This document shows positions 36,712 to 47,042 of a DNA stretch of 54,235 bases, in pieces. The notes beneath the pieces were generated by a model. It ran no database searches and was not told the origin of the DNA. It saw only the letters and a list, made by a program, of their open reading frames with translations. The position numbers were made by a program, and so were the translations under genes. Every line of letters starts with the position of its first letter. The first letter of the stretch is position 1. The DNA is taken from positions 1 to 54,235 of the IMG/VR virus record IMGVR_UViG_3300044647_001141; one strand, written 5' to 3'. Source of the DNA: a virus. Its lineage: Duplodnaviria; Caudoviricetes.

Positions 36712-39700
36712 ATGGATGAAGAACAACTGAAGTATCTGTTCGACAAATACGGAACAAAGGGCGGATTCCCAAGTTTTGATGCTTTCAAGTCCTTGATGTC
36801 GGATGGAGAAAGTCGAAAGGTGTTCTTTGATCGTAGAAATGCCGAGATGAAGTTCCCGGACTTTAACGAATTCGAGAGGATTCTTGGAGTTCGGCAGCAA
36901 CAACAAGTAGCTGCCGGAAATTTGCCGGCGTCTACTCCAACAGATCCGACTATCCAGGTAGCAAACCAAGCAATGCCTGGCATGCAGCAAATACCGGGAC
37001 AAGAACTTTTAAAACTCACAAAGGACTATGTCAAGTCCCTTGATCAGAGCGGGCAGCCTGGCAGCCAGTCTATACCAAGCCAAATGGGTGCGAACAGCAG
37101 TGCGCCTGGTTTTATCCCTTCATTGCCATCTGCGCCCGTAGTGTCCAATCAGAAGACATCATATGATTATAGCAATGAATTGAATTCTCTTGGATACAAA
37201 CCCGAGAAGATTGCAGCACTCCTTGGCGACTTGCCGGACAATACGCCAGACTACACTGTAAACGAACTCCTGTCGCTTACCGATCCCATTGATATAAAAC
37301 GCAAAAAGGCGGCAACCATATGGCAGGCCAATGTCAATGACTATATCGAGCGGATCGAGGATCCGGTCAAGAAGCAACAGGCTTCCGAACTATTTGCAAC
37401 AGCGTTGCAAAAATATGAGAACGCACCTTCTTATGAAGATGCCATTAATGGCATAAGGGCATATGCGCTTCCGCTCATAAATTCATACGAGGGTAGTGCA
37501 GACATCTCCGAGATGCGCAACGCATTGCGTATTGATGCTGAGTACGGCATTGCAAAGTCCATGCTCAAAGATCCCAAGTCATTCACCAAGTACCAGGGCA
37601 TAGGACTCAATCCCTTGCAGGGCCTTGCACTTGATGTCACCCTTCTGTTCGACCCAAAGGGGGAGGAGATAAAAAGGCAGATAACCGACAAGTACACGGA
37701 TCCGGATGCCATCGCCATGCAGCAGGTAAAACTTGCACAACTTGAAAACGAGGGTCTCAGGATACTCGGCAATGAGGTTGGCCGCATGCTTGGCAAACTA
37801 TCAAAGGGAGTTATCCAGTCCAATGATTTCTACGAGCAGAACAAAGGCAGGATTGATGCCCTTGTTACTACCATCAAGTCGGACGATAGCGTACCGGAGC
37901 AGATTAAGGCTTCCGCTGAAGCGTACAAAAAAGAGTATGACGCCATCGTGTCCGGGACAAGCGACGGGGCGTTCACGAGTCCTTATGATTTTGCGGTACT
38001 CAAAGAAAAGATAGACAACAAGACCATCTCCGGGGCAGAAGTAAAAGACTACAATAAAAGGGTTATTCAGATAAAGGAGCTGAACAGCAAGTATGCTGAC
38101 ATATTTGGGCAGTTCAATAGTGTCATCGACCAAAGAAACGAGGCCGTCAGGGAATACGGCAGCCTGGTTGACAAGCTGGACAAGATGTCAGAGGGTAGTG
38201 AAGACTACAAGCAGCTTCAGTCGTGGATGAACTACATCAATGACCAAAGGAATACGCTCATAGACAGGTATCCGGCCTATGGCTCCGACTATGTGCATCA
38301 ACTTATTCAAGAGCAAACCGGCGCATATACCGGAACGATGGACAGGGCGTACATGACCTTTGTCGACAATGCGGGCGTAGAGGCAACGCAGCTCGTCAAG
38401 AAGGTTGTCAATAATTTCATGGGGATCTGGATGGGCGACAAGTATGTGCGCGAGGTCGAGATGTCGGATGCCCGAAAAAGAATGGTGGACGACCTGACTT
38501 TCAACTATCAGACCGGAAGTCAGATGATGTTTGATGAGCGGACTATGGTCCCGGTCATGGAAAAAAAATACCAGCAGCGCATTGATGAAGTAAAGGCCAG
38601 GGGGTACTCAAAGAGAGAGGAGCAAGCGGCACTCTACCCAATCATTGATGAGGCGGTAAGGAACGGGGGCGTTCAGTACGTCTATAATCCGAACAAGGGT
38701 AAATATAACTTCACAGCGGCCTCGATTGGAAATGCCGTAGCAACCGTGGTGCCGCAATTCCTCGGCCAAATGGCACAGACGGCCTACCTCGGCGGCTTTG
38801 GGAATATAGGCAAGGTGCGCAGGATGGCCACACTGGGCGCATCCGTATTTGCCAATACATTCCCAAGGGCCTATGACAATGCCGTACAGATGGGCATCAG
38901 CCATCCGGGTCAGTATGCAACGGCACAGTCATTGGTTGAGGTGGCCTCTGAAAGTATGTTCGACAACATCAAGATGATCAAAAGCGTAGTGCCTCAGATC
39001 AGGCAGATGTTCTCCGGATTGTCCAATGGGGAATGGAAGATGATTGTTAGCGGAGTGGCAAAAAAGAATTTCAGTGGCGAGGCTGCCAAGGTGTTGATGG
39101 ATTACGGCAAGGAGTCGGTGATTGAAGAAGGTGCGGCGAATATAATGGGCAACGTCTCCGACAAGTATGTATTCAACATCGACAAGAAATGGAATGAGGG
39201 ACTGAAGCAGACCCTTTCCACCAGTGTTGTAGGAATGCTTCCGCTTGCAGCGATCGGCATACCGCTTCGCATGCGCAGTGCCAATATCGTCAACAAGATG
39301 AATATCTATGAGGCTGCCGCGCGTTCCGAGCAAGTCATCTCGGATATAAACAGCCAGGTGTCGGAGGGCAGGATGAGTTTCGATGAGGCACAAAAGCACA
39401 TCAAGGCCATCAAGCTCATGAGCGATGTCATCCATACCATGCCGACCACCAATGCCATTGGTAAACCATTGACCGACGGCCAGAAGGCCAAATACGCATG
39501 GAACGAGTATGTCATCCGGCTCGCGAAGATAGATGAGAGCAATGCCCCTACCACCGTCGTAAGGGAGATAGCAGACAGGGTCAATGAGGCCGACAAGGAG
39601 AATGCCGACATCCTAAATGACGATGACATCAAGACATTCACCGAACTGTCCTTGCAGGGCGAGAACCCGGTAGCCGCTCAGAGCCAGCCTGTCATTGAAT

Positions 39701-42700
39701 TCCTGCACAAAACCATTGTGGATAATGTTGCAGATCTTGACATCAACGATGAGGATGCCGGATTGATTGCAGACATGGTCAAGCGTGGGGAGTCGATGAT
39801 GGACATCGTTGACGAGGCCAAGTACCTCTACCAGGAGGATCCGCAAAGGGCCTACAAGATACTTGGGCCGCGCATCTATGATGCCATCAGACTCAATATG
39901 GTTGAGTCTATCCGGGGCAAAAAGGATGCCGTGGCGCAACCTGGTCAAGAGGACAAGGGGCAGGGTGCAGCAGGGACATTTGTACAGATGCCGGCAAGTG
40001 AAGATGAAATACCGGGCCTGGTCGTCACCGTAAAAAGACCGAAGCCGTCCGCGCCTGTTGAAACGCAGAAACCTTTTGTCTCATTACCGCAGGAAAATAC
40101 TCAGGAGCTTACAACAAAAGGCAATATTGCAATCATCCCCCCAACACAAAACGATGGCAAAGGGCAAGAAGAAGGGCGGCAAGAAAATGTGCTGACCCAA
40201 GACAATCAAGCATCCAATCAGCAGGGGCAGGGTTCTAAACCTGCTCCTGCAATCAGTGTCCAGATGCCGGGCATGACACCCGAAACGAATGTCGTGACCA
40301 TTGCAGGACGTCAGGAACCCGCGACTGGTGCGCAGCCTGCTGCCACCGCGCCCTCTCAGCAGGAGGCCGGGCAGGTTAAGGAGGATGCGGCAAGGTTAGG
40401 AAAGGCGGACTTTGTCAATAAATTCAACAACGATCTATCCATATACCCCAAGCTGTCAACCGACGAGGGGCGTGACAAGAAGCTCACGGCGATGATGAAC
40501 AGGCTGATAGCAGCCAAGAATGAGGGCCTGCTGTCATTCGATGAGTTCAATAGCCTGTATGACCGGATCCTGGAGAAGCGTGTCGCCCTATCCGCAAAGA
40601 ACCCCAAGTTCAAGGCAGAGACCAACAAGGCCATGAAAGAGGCGGAGAAAATGGCACAAATGGATAGCGAATCACCCGTAACTTCACCCAAACCAAAAAT
40701 AGTTAGTGATGCAGCAGAAAACGACAAGCTCACAGAAAAACTCACAGAAGAAGATAACACTGAGCAAGAACCAAGTGTCGCGGCTGTTGAAGGCAAAGCA
40801 GAAAGCGATAGCAAAGCTGAACTCAATGCAGCAGTCCGACAAGCAGACGAACTGATCAATGCCGCCACGGATGTGCAGGTTGTTCCGTTGAGCAGCCTAC
40901 ACACCGATGAGAAGCGGTTTCAGAATAGAACAAAACTTGTACAGGAAACCCTGAACAATATTATAAACAAGTGGAATGATGCGACCCAGGATCCAATCCA
41001 TGTTTGGCGCGATCCAAAGGACGGCAAATTGTATGTTCTTAGCGGGCATCACAGGTATTACGGCGCCAAGGGGGCAAACAGGAAAACGGTAAAAATCATT
41101 GATAGAACCAATGACTTTACCGAAGAGCAAGCCATTGAATTCGCAAAAGATGAGGCAAACTCTAATCGCAATATGGACACTTTGCTCGATAAGGCAAAGC
41201 GTTTAAGAGAGTTGATAAAAGGCCGTGCTACCAAGGAAAAAATCAATGACTACCTAAGTACCGAAGGCAAGAATAAAACCTTCATTCAGAATCTTGCGTC
41301 CCTAAACCCTGCAGGAAAGACGATAGGCAACCTTTTAAAGTTTGAAGATGCTCCTGACCGGCAAACACAAAAAGAAAATGAGCAACGAGCTGATTGGATA
41401 GGTGAGGCGCGTCGAACAATTAACGGTTTGACAGATACGCATGAAGACGAATTGTTTAATTTCCTGTATGACAAAAATGCGTCAAAGCGTATCACGACAA
41501 AGAATGATTTTCTACAAAAGGTAAGGTCGGTAGTCAATCCAATGCTGCCGGACCAGCCACTTAATATCGCCAGGTTCAAGTTCAAGACACAGGGCGAGGC
41601 GGCATATGACGAGGAGGTTGCCAACAAGAAAGCCGAGATACTTGATCGACAGGATCAGATCAATGCGCTCAATGACAGGTTCAACAATCCGCAGAACCCC
41701 AACTACATCTCCACCGAGAGCAGAGACTACGAAAGCGCAAGGCGCATAGCGGATGAAAAGATAGCCAAACTGGATGCCGAGCGCAAGGCGCTGCAAAAGC
41801 AGCTGGAGGACATTTACCGCAATAAAGGAAAGTTCACCGGAGCGCCCACCACTGGATCCTTGTTCGACGTCTTTGAGCCTACGCCAACCTATTCGGAGAG
41901 TGCGCAAAAACTTGCTGACGGATTTAGGTCACTGAAGTCGGGTGGAGATAAGCTGCTTGGTGGCCTTGGCATCTTTGTTGGCATCTGGGATGGCATGATG
42001 GAAACCATCGCCACACTCATCGAGGCCGGTGGATCACTGGCTGACGCCATTACAGCCGGCGTGGAATACGCACGTGCCAACATGCAGGGGGAGAAATACA
42101 CCGACAAGGAGATCGAAGCATCACTTCGCCAGGTACTCATCGATAACGGTATCATGGCCGCCCCGACAAGGCGCAGGCAGATGGCCGACAACATCAAGGC
42201 GGCAAACAATGACTTCAAGGGAGAAGGCGGCAAGCGGTCATTCACGCCGGGTGAGCGGATGTCATTCCGGGAAATGTTCAGCAAGATCAATTTTGCGCAG
42301 AGGAAAACCGCCGGCATCATCGAGGATATATTGCAGGAAGCAAAGAAGTATTTCCGAGAGAACGGGATTGACCTCACCAAAGGCAGAGTGGCAAAACTCA
42401 TCAATCAATTATCACATTTAGCAACAATGCCGAATGTGGATGCGTGGGTGGCTGATGCGCTTGACATTGCCGAAGCAATAGACAACATTATCATTGAGCA
42501 GAAAAATGCGAATGACATCAAGGCGTATAACGAAACGCTCAAGAAGTTTCAAAAGTTCAGGCGCAAGTCAAAGACACTGAACGCATCGTATCAGGCGTTG
42601 CTCGCCACTATTGATCTGCTGTCTCCAACGAAAATTATTCGTGCCGGGATGACCAACCAGGCAAACCCTGGATTCCCGAATATCGATACCGTTAGGAATA

Positions 42701-45700
42701 TCCGCGATATGCTTGAATTGGTTATGCAGGAGTACGGAACCAAGCAGGGCGTAAGGAAAATGGATCAGGTATTGATGGAGAACCTTGCCAAATTTATTGG
42801 TGACATAAAGGCTGAGATTGCAAGAGACGAGTCCGAGCGTGACATGGCAAAGTACCAGGCGAGCGTAAGTGCCGGATCATTCACGGGGACATACGATGAA
42901 TGGGTAGAGTATCAGCAGGATCTCAGGGACGCAAAGGAACTCAATGCCAAGCAGGCAAAGAGCGCCAAGAACGATGTTCCGCTTGACAAATTAAAGGCGC
43001 TCATAGATATACAGCGCGAACGCCTTATAGACTATCTGAAGGATCTCGATGCTATGTATGCCGGAGACCCCGGTAATCCGGACTACAAGAACAAGCGGAA
43101 CATTGCAAGGACACTGCTGACGCTCGACACTTCAATAATGAAGGCCGAGGACATCAACGACCTAAACATCCTGCTGAACAATATCGTACTTGACGGAAAC
43201 ATCATGGGTGCGGGCAGGTTCATCGCGTATCATACCGCACTGAACAAGAGGCTGTCACTTAAAAACAATCCGATACGCATTCGCTATGCGAAATACAAGA
43301 AGGCGAAGACCATTGGAGCATTGTTTGCCGGTCTTACTTATAGCGAGAATGATGCTGCAAAATTCAGGGAAAAGATATGGCTTGATTTCCAGCAAAAAGT
43401 AAACAAGGTTCAGCGCATATTCCATGACAAGAACGGGGTGCAGGAGCAGGTACAAAAAATCATAGCAAAGTTCAGGGATCCTCAGATGTCCAATATCCGT
43501 GTAGGCGTATTTCAATTCCTCAACCAGTCAACAGAATCGCCCGAATCAAAACCGGGAGCCGGAGATGCCATCAGTGCCGAGACGGATTTCAGAAGCAGGC
43601 TCAACAACATGGTGCAGGGTGCAGTACAAAGGCTGTTCAAGGAGGGAAAAGACAACGAGAGCGCAGGCAAGAGGTCACACTACATGATGGACGAAGCATT
43701 GCGTACGCTTGAGGCATTGCAGTCTATGGGCCTTGTCTCTCAATGGAAGATAGATAACACCGCCGGAAAGCAAGTGCTGCTTGACCAGCTCAATCGAGGC
43801 GTGATCAGCAGGGAGCAGTACAATGAACGTCTTGCCAACCTCAAACTATACATTGAGGATGTCCAGTTTACTGACAAGGTCGTAAATATGACCGATGCTT
43901 CTCAGATGCTTGATGACCTAAAGAGGCAACTTGTGCAAACCGAACTTGAATTGTACAATTACATTGCCGACAAGTTCAGCAATCCGGAACATCTTGCACA
44001 GATGCGCCATGTATCGGAAAGCCTGTATGGTATTCCATTCGATGGACGCAAGAACTATGCCCCTCAGATACCGATATCATTCAAGAGCAGCAACCTGACC
44101 GGTGCTGCACAAATCGAGGAGATTGGTAACGGAAATTTTGGTGGCGGTGGCGGAAGGCACAAGGTAAGCTCAAGGCCATCGGATCGTTTTCAGATGCGCA
44201 CCAGGCTGGCGGATCCGAACAACTTCTATTATTCAATGGATGCCACCAACAACTTCATGTCGGCGTACTTCGAGTCCAACATGGCAGTGGAGGCGGGCAT
44301 GACATTGAAGACACTATCATACCTCATAAATTCAAACGAGTTCCGGGATTTCATCAACGGCGTGTACAATGAATCCATATATGGTTTTGAGGACAGGTTC
44401 GAGGTGATCAAGAACAAGTCACGCGGTGAGGCATCTCAGTACGATCAGGTACTGTCAAGGCTTGCCGATGTCATAAGGGATCGTGTACAGGCGCCCTATC
44501 TGTACAAGGACTTCAGGGGTTTTGGTATCAGGCTACTGCAATGGGGCATGTCCGGCATGACAAAGACGATACTGAACAACACCACGCAAATCGTTAAGCA
44601 AATCGTGCCGAACCTTGGGGCGGGCATGCTTGTATCCGGTCCGAAGTCCACGGCGGCGGCGATTCGTGTGTTCACCGAAGCCATGTTCGACAGGGCAAAG
44701 CATGACGCACTGATGGAGTTCATGAACAACTTTGAGGCGGACTTCCGCTCGACAATGGGTGAGGAGTATCTGGACAAGATGAACAAGATGTTCAGCGAAT
44801 ACGAGAAGTCCTATGAGTTCCTGCTGAAGGCGTCGGAGATAAAGGATAAGTACACGCCTGCAAGGATTGGTGAATGGGCGATGAAGAAGTCTGACCGGGC
44901 AGCCTATATGATCAACGCACTGACGGCCTACATCGACTACGAGGTAAACCAGGGGAACCTCAAGACGCCTGGAGACTTTGATATCACAAAGGTTGGAGCC
45001 GCTGACAGGCTATCTGTTGCCCATGCGCTCAACATTACCGAGATGCTGAATAACTCATCTGTTGCAGCTGAACGCGCACCATACACCAGGGTGCAGCAGA
45101 TAGATGCCGATATAAATGACCAAATATTCAAAAACCTTATGTTCCTAAAGGGTTTCTCCCTGAACGCCGCCATGCAGTTCCAAAACAACTGGAGCATATT
45201 CATAACAAAGGAAGGGAAAATCAGCAACGATGAGCGCATGGATGCTGCTAAAAAGGCAATGTCATACTTCACACAGATCCTCATATTTAACGCATCAAAG
45301 GTGGCGCTTGGATATTATCTGATGGATCCCGTGGGCAGAATGCTTACGGAACTCATTTTTGGCATAGCGCCCCAAGAGGATAGCGATGAGGAAAAAAAGA
45401 AGAAAGCTCAGAAGGTGCGCACAAAATTCATAATGAACGCCATTGCGGACGCATTTGTAGGATGGATGCCAACGCCCATAGAAGGTCTGGCTAAAGTGGC
45501 AGGTAATGAAGCATACAACGTATATGCGAACATTGCTGCCGGCGGTGAGGAGCAGCGAAAGAAAGACAGCAAGACAACGCTAAAGGGTACTGCCTTGGAG
45601 ACAAGGTACAAGCCATATTACATCGGATCATCCGCCAACCTGGGTGCCGCCGATCTGTACTTCGGATTGTTTGACACCTTTGTTGAAGCCTTCAAGGAGC

Positions 45701-45933
45701 GCAGCAACAAGGAGATGACACCGGAAGCCAACGCCGCACTTGACCAGATGGACAAGGTAAAGCTGGCCACCTGGATGCTTGGACAAGGCGACTTGCTGAA
45801 CATGGAATACGCAATGGAGAGGGCCATCAGGGATGCCGGCACCAAGTCCAATAACAAGCCGGAGATCCGCAGGGCGAGTCCAAGAATGCGGCGTGCTGTA
45901 AATGCACTCAGCGGAAGAGCAAGAGGGCTGTGA
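36712..45933 (+). CDS. Giant internal virion (polyvalent) protein with ParB/Srx-like module
   Basis: 3073 aa, mostly helical; ParB-like DEKRFQNR..DPIHVWRD..LYVLSGHHRY at ~40870-41170. Confidence 0.75.
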   Translation: MDEEQLKYLFDKYGTKGGFPSFDAFKSLMSDGESRKVFFDRRNAEMKFPDFNEFERILGVRQQQQVAAGNLPASTPTDPTIQVANQAMPGMQQIPGQELLKLTKDYVKSLDQSGQPGSQSIPSQMGANSSAPGFIPSLPSAPVVSNQKTSYDYSNELNSLGYKPEKIAALLGDLPDNTPDYTVNELLSLTDPIDIKRKKAATIWQANVNDYIERIEDPVKKQQASELFATALQKYENAPSYEDAINGIRAYALPLINSYEGSADISEMRNALRIDAEYGIAKSMLKDPKSFTKYQGIGLNPLQGLALDVTLLFDPKGEEIKRQITDKYTDPDAIAMQQVKLAQLENEGLRILGNEVGRMLGKLSKGVIQSNDFYEQNKGRIDALVTTIKSDDSVPEQIKASAEAYKKEYDAIVSGTSDGAFTSPYDFAVLKEKIDNKTISGAEVKDYNKRVIQIKELNSKYADIFGQFNSVIDQRNEAVREYGSLVDKLDKMSEGSEDYKQLQSWMNYINDQRNTLIDRYPAYGSDYVHQLIQEQTGAYTGTMDRAYMTFVDNAGVEATQLVKKVVNNFMGIWMGDKYVREVEMSDARKRMVDDLTFNYQTGSQMMFDERTMVPVMEKKYQQRIDEVKARGYSKREEQAALYPIIDEAVRNGGVQYVYNPNKGKYNFTAASIGNAVATVVPQFLGQMAQTAYLGGFGNIGKVRRMATLGASVFANTFPRAYDNAVQMGISHPGQYATAQSLVEVASESMFDNIKMIKSVVPQIRQMFSGLSNGEWKMIVSGVAKKNFSGEAAKVLMDYGKESVIEEGAANIMGNVSDKYVFNIDKKWNEGLKQTLSTSVVGMLPLAAIGIPLRMRSANIVNKMNIYEAAARSEQVISDINSQVSEGRMSFDEAQKHIKAIKLMSDVIHTMPTTNAIGKPLTDGQKAKYAWNEYVIRLAKIDESNAPTTVVREIADRVNEADKENADILNDDDIKTFTELSLQGENPVAAQSQPVIEFLHKTIVDNVADLDINDEDAGLIADMVKRGESMMDIVDEAKYLYQEDPQRAYKILGPRIYDAIRLNMVESIRGKKDAVAQPGQEDKGQGAAGTFVQMPASEDEIPGLVVTVKRPKPSAPVETQKPFVSLPQENTQELTTKGNIAIIPPTQNDGKGQEEGRQENVLTQDNQASNQQGQGSKPAPAISVQMPGMTPETNVVTIAGRQEPATGAQPAATAPSQQEAGQVKEDAARLGKADFVNKFNNDLSIYPKLSTDEGRDKKLTAMMNRLIAAKNEGLLSFDEFNSLYDRILEKRVALSAKNPKFKAETNKAMKEAEKMAQMDSESPVTSPKPKIVSDAAENDKLTEKLTEEDNTEQEPSVAAVEGKAESDSKAELNAAVRQADELINAATDVQVVPLSSLHTDEKRFQNRTKLVQETLNNIINKWNDATQDPIHVWRDPKDGKLYVLSGHHRYYGAKGANRKTVKIIDRTNDFTEEQAIEFAKDEANSNRNMDTLLDKAKRLRELIKGRATKEKINDYLSTEGKNKTFIQNLASLNPAGKTIGNLLKFEDAPDRQTQKENEQRADWIGEARRTINGLTDTHEDELFNFLYDKNASKRITTKNDFLQKVRSVVNPMLPDQPLNIARFKFKTQGEAAYDEEVANKKAEILDRQDQINALNDRFNNPQNPNYISTESRDYESARRIADEKIAKLDAERKALQKQLEDIYRNKGKFTGAPTTGSLFDVFEPTPTYSESAQKLADGFRSLKSGGDKLLGGLGIFVGIWDGMMETIATLIEAGGSLADAITAGVEYARANMQGEKYTDKEIEASLRQVLIDNGIMAAPTRRRQMADNIKAANNDFKGEGGKRSFTPGERMSFREMFSKINFAQRKTAGIIEDILQEAKKYFRENGIDLTKGRVAKLINQLSHLATMPNVDAWVADALDIAEAIDNIIIEQKNANDIKAYNETLKKFQKFRRKSKTLNASYQALLATIDLLSPTKIIRAGMTNQANPGFPNIDTVRNIRDMLELVMQEYGTKQGVRKMDQVLMENLAKFIGDIKAEIARDESERDMAKYQASVSAGSFTGTYDEWVEYQQDLRDAKELNAKQAKSAKNDVPLDKLKALIDIQRERLIDYLKDLDAMYAGDPGNPDYKNKRNIARTLLTLDTSIMKAEDINDLNILLNNIVLDGNIMGAGRFIAYHTALNKRLSLKNNPIRIRYAKYKKAKTIGALFAGLTYSENDAAKFREKIWLDFQQKVNKVQRIFHDKNGVQEQVQKIIAKFRDPQMSNIRVGVFQFLNQSTESPESKPGAGDAISAETDFRSRLNNMVQGAVQRLFKEGKDNESAGKRSHYMMDEALRTLEALQSMGLVSQWKIDNTAGKQVLLDQLNRGVISREQYNERLANLKLYIEDVQFTDKVVNMTDASQMLDDLKRQLVQTELELYNYIADKFSNPEHLAQMRHVSESLYGIPFDGRKNYAPQIPISFKSSNLTGAAQIEEIGNGNFGGGGGRHKVSSRPSDRFQMRTRLADPNNFYYSMDATNNFMSAYFESNMAVEAGMTLKTLSYLINSNEFRDFINGVYNESIYGFEDRFEVIKNKSRGEASQYDQVLSRLADVIRDRVQAPYLYKDFRGFGIRLLQWGMSGMTKTILNNTTQIVKQIVPNLGAGMLVSGPKSTAAAIRVFTEAMFDRAKHDALMEFMNNFEADFRSTMGEEYLDKMNKMFSEYEKSYEFLLKASEIKDKYTPARIGEWAMKKSDRAAYMINALTAYIDYEVNQGNLKTPGDFDITKVGAADRLSVAHALNITEMLNNSSVAAERAPYTRVQQIDADINDQIFKNLMFLKGFSLNAAMQFQNNWSIFITKEGKISNDERMDAAKKAMSYFTQILIFNASKVALGYYLMDPVGRMLTELIFGIAPQEDSDEEKKKKAQKVRTKFIMNAIADAFVGWMPTPIEGLAKVAGNEAYNVYANIAAGGEEQRKKDSKTTLKGTALETRYKPYYIGSSANLGAADLYFGLFDTFVEAFKERSNKEMTPEANAALDQMDKVKLATWMLGQGDLLNMEYAMERAIRDAGTKSNNKPEIRRASPRMRRAVNALSGRARGL

Positions 45934-45960
45934 TATGTTGCCTTTTTTTTAATGCGTATC

Positions 45961-45983
45961 TACGTAAAAAATGAGTAAATTCG
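45961..45983 (+). promoter_or_regulatory. Lysis-module promoter with degenerate operator
   Basis: TACGT-N7-GAGTA (45961-45977) overlapping TAAATTCG (45976-45983); extra GCGTA at 45954. Confidence 0.5.
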
Positions 45984-45987
45984 CACC

Positions 45988-46248
45988 ATGAGCGTAAAGT
46001 TCGGAACGGACCAGATCAATTCCCCGGCACCTAAATGGTGGAGGAATTTCGAGCGGGCGTACATCATAGTACTTGCGCCAGCCACAACCGGATTTCTTGT
46101 GCTTATCGGCTCCAATCTCAACTGGCCGGACAGCGTGGCCAATATAGCCGGCGGTACGGTCATGTTTACCATGTCGGTCGTCAAGGCAATTGGTATGTTC
46201 CTTGGAACGGGAGAGGAGTACCCTGACGAAAAACAGATAAATCAATAG
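45988..46248 (+). CDS. Holin-like membrane protein
   Basis: 86 aa with two hydrophobic segments after APKWWR; first gene of the lysis region. Confidence 0.55.
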   Translation: MSVKFGTDQINSPAPKWWRNFERAYIIVLAPATTGFLVLIGSNLNWPDSVANIAGGTVMFTMSVVKAIGMFLGTGEEYPDEKQINQ

Positions 46249-46250
46249 CA

Positions 46251-46514
46251 ATGGATACAAGTACCAAACCTTGGTGGCAGAGTAAAACCATTTGGGGCAT
46301 CCTCATCGCACTCGCAGGATTCGCCCTGCAAAAGTTCGGGGTCAGCCAACCCGTGCTGCCGGACAATCCGGACTTTGACCAGATCAAAGACCATGTCGAC
46401 GCCATCAATGCAGCAAAGGGGTCATGGGATGCCGTAGTAGGCTTAGTCCTGCAGGCGCTTGGTTCCCTGTATGCCATCTGGGGTCGGGTAAAGGCAGAAA
46501 ACAAGATAGGATAA
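46251..46514 (+). CDS. Holin-like membrane protein (KPWWQSKTIW type)
   Basis: 87 aa, two TM segments, ends YAIWGRVKA. Confidence 0.55.
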   Translation: MDTSTKPWWQSKTIWGILIALAGFALQKFGVSQPVLPDNPDFDQIKDHVDAINAAKGSWDAVVGLVLQALGSLYAIWGRVKAENKIG

Positions 46515-46536
46515 CAACTGCTGAAACCACGGGGAG

Positions 46537-46764
46537 ATGACTAACGACATGATCCTGACCATCGGAATCCAATCCGTAACCTTCGGGGTGGGTCTGTTCA
46601 AGCTATGGAGCGACATACAGATCAAGCTCCGGGAGATCGATGTGAGACTAAGGGCGGTAGAAAAGCAGGACGACGAGATATACTCAAAGTTCGACAAGGT
46701 CATGGACAAGCTCAACGCCATCGAGATCAAACTTGAAAACAAAGCAAACAGGGATAGTCTATGA
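46537..46764 (+). CDS. TM plus coiled-coil protein (XhlA/holin-accessory-like)
   Basis: N-terminal hydrophobic helix followed by a heptad coiled coil. Confidence 0.55.
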   Translation: MTNDMILTIGIQSVTFGVGLFKLWSDIQIKLREIDVRLRAVEKQDDEIYSKFDKVMDKLNAIEIKLENKANRDSL

Positions 46765-47042
46765 AAAAGAGTACAGCCGTAGTGGGCGCACTCATATCGC
46801 TAATTGTTGTTGCGGGACTGGTCTATGGCCTTGTAAGTCCCGACTCTGAGTTCCATCAGAATATGGTGCTGACGCCTGTGTGGATGGTGGTACTGAGTAT
46901 GTTTTGCTTCGGAGGATCCCTGGCAGTATTTGTCGCCCTTGTCCGTGGCAGAGTGGAAGGCATCGGATATGTCGTCCTTATGGGGGCATTGGTCGCACTT
47001 GGACTTGCGATGCTGATAAATTTCGGAAACAACACCTACTGA
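46761..47042 (+). CDS. Small three-TM membrane protein
   Basis: 93 aa with three hydrophobic helices, coupled to its neighbours. Confidence 0.6.
   Translation: MKKSTAVVGALISLIVVAGLVYGLVSPDSEFHQNMVLTPVWMVVLSMFCFGGSLAVFVALVRGRVEGIGYVVLMGALVALGLAMLINFGNNTY

Noticed and set aside
44971-44991. GDFDITK in the giant protein resembling the crAss virion RNAP motif DFDID
   Set aside because: The third Asp is missing and the context is a C-terminal helical region; likely coincidence.
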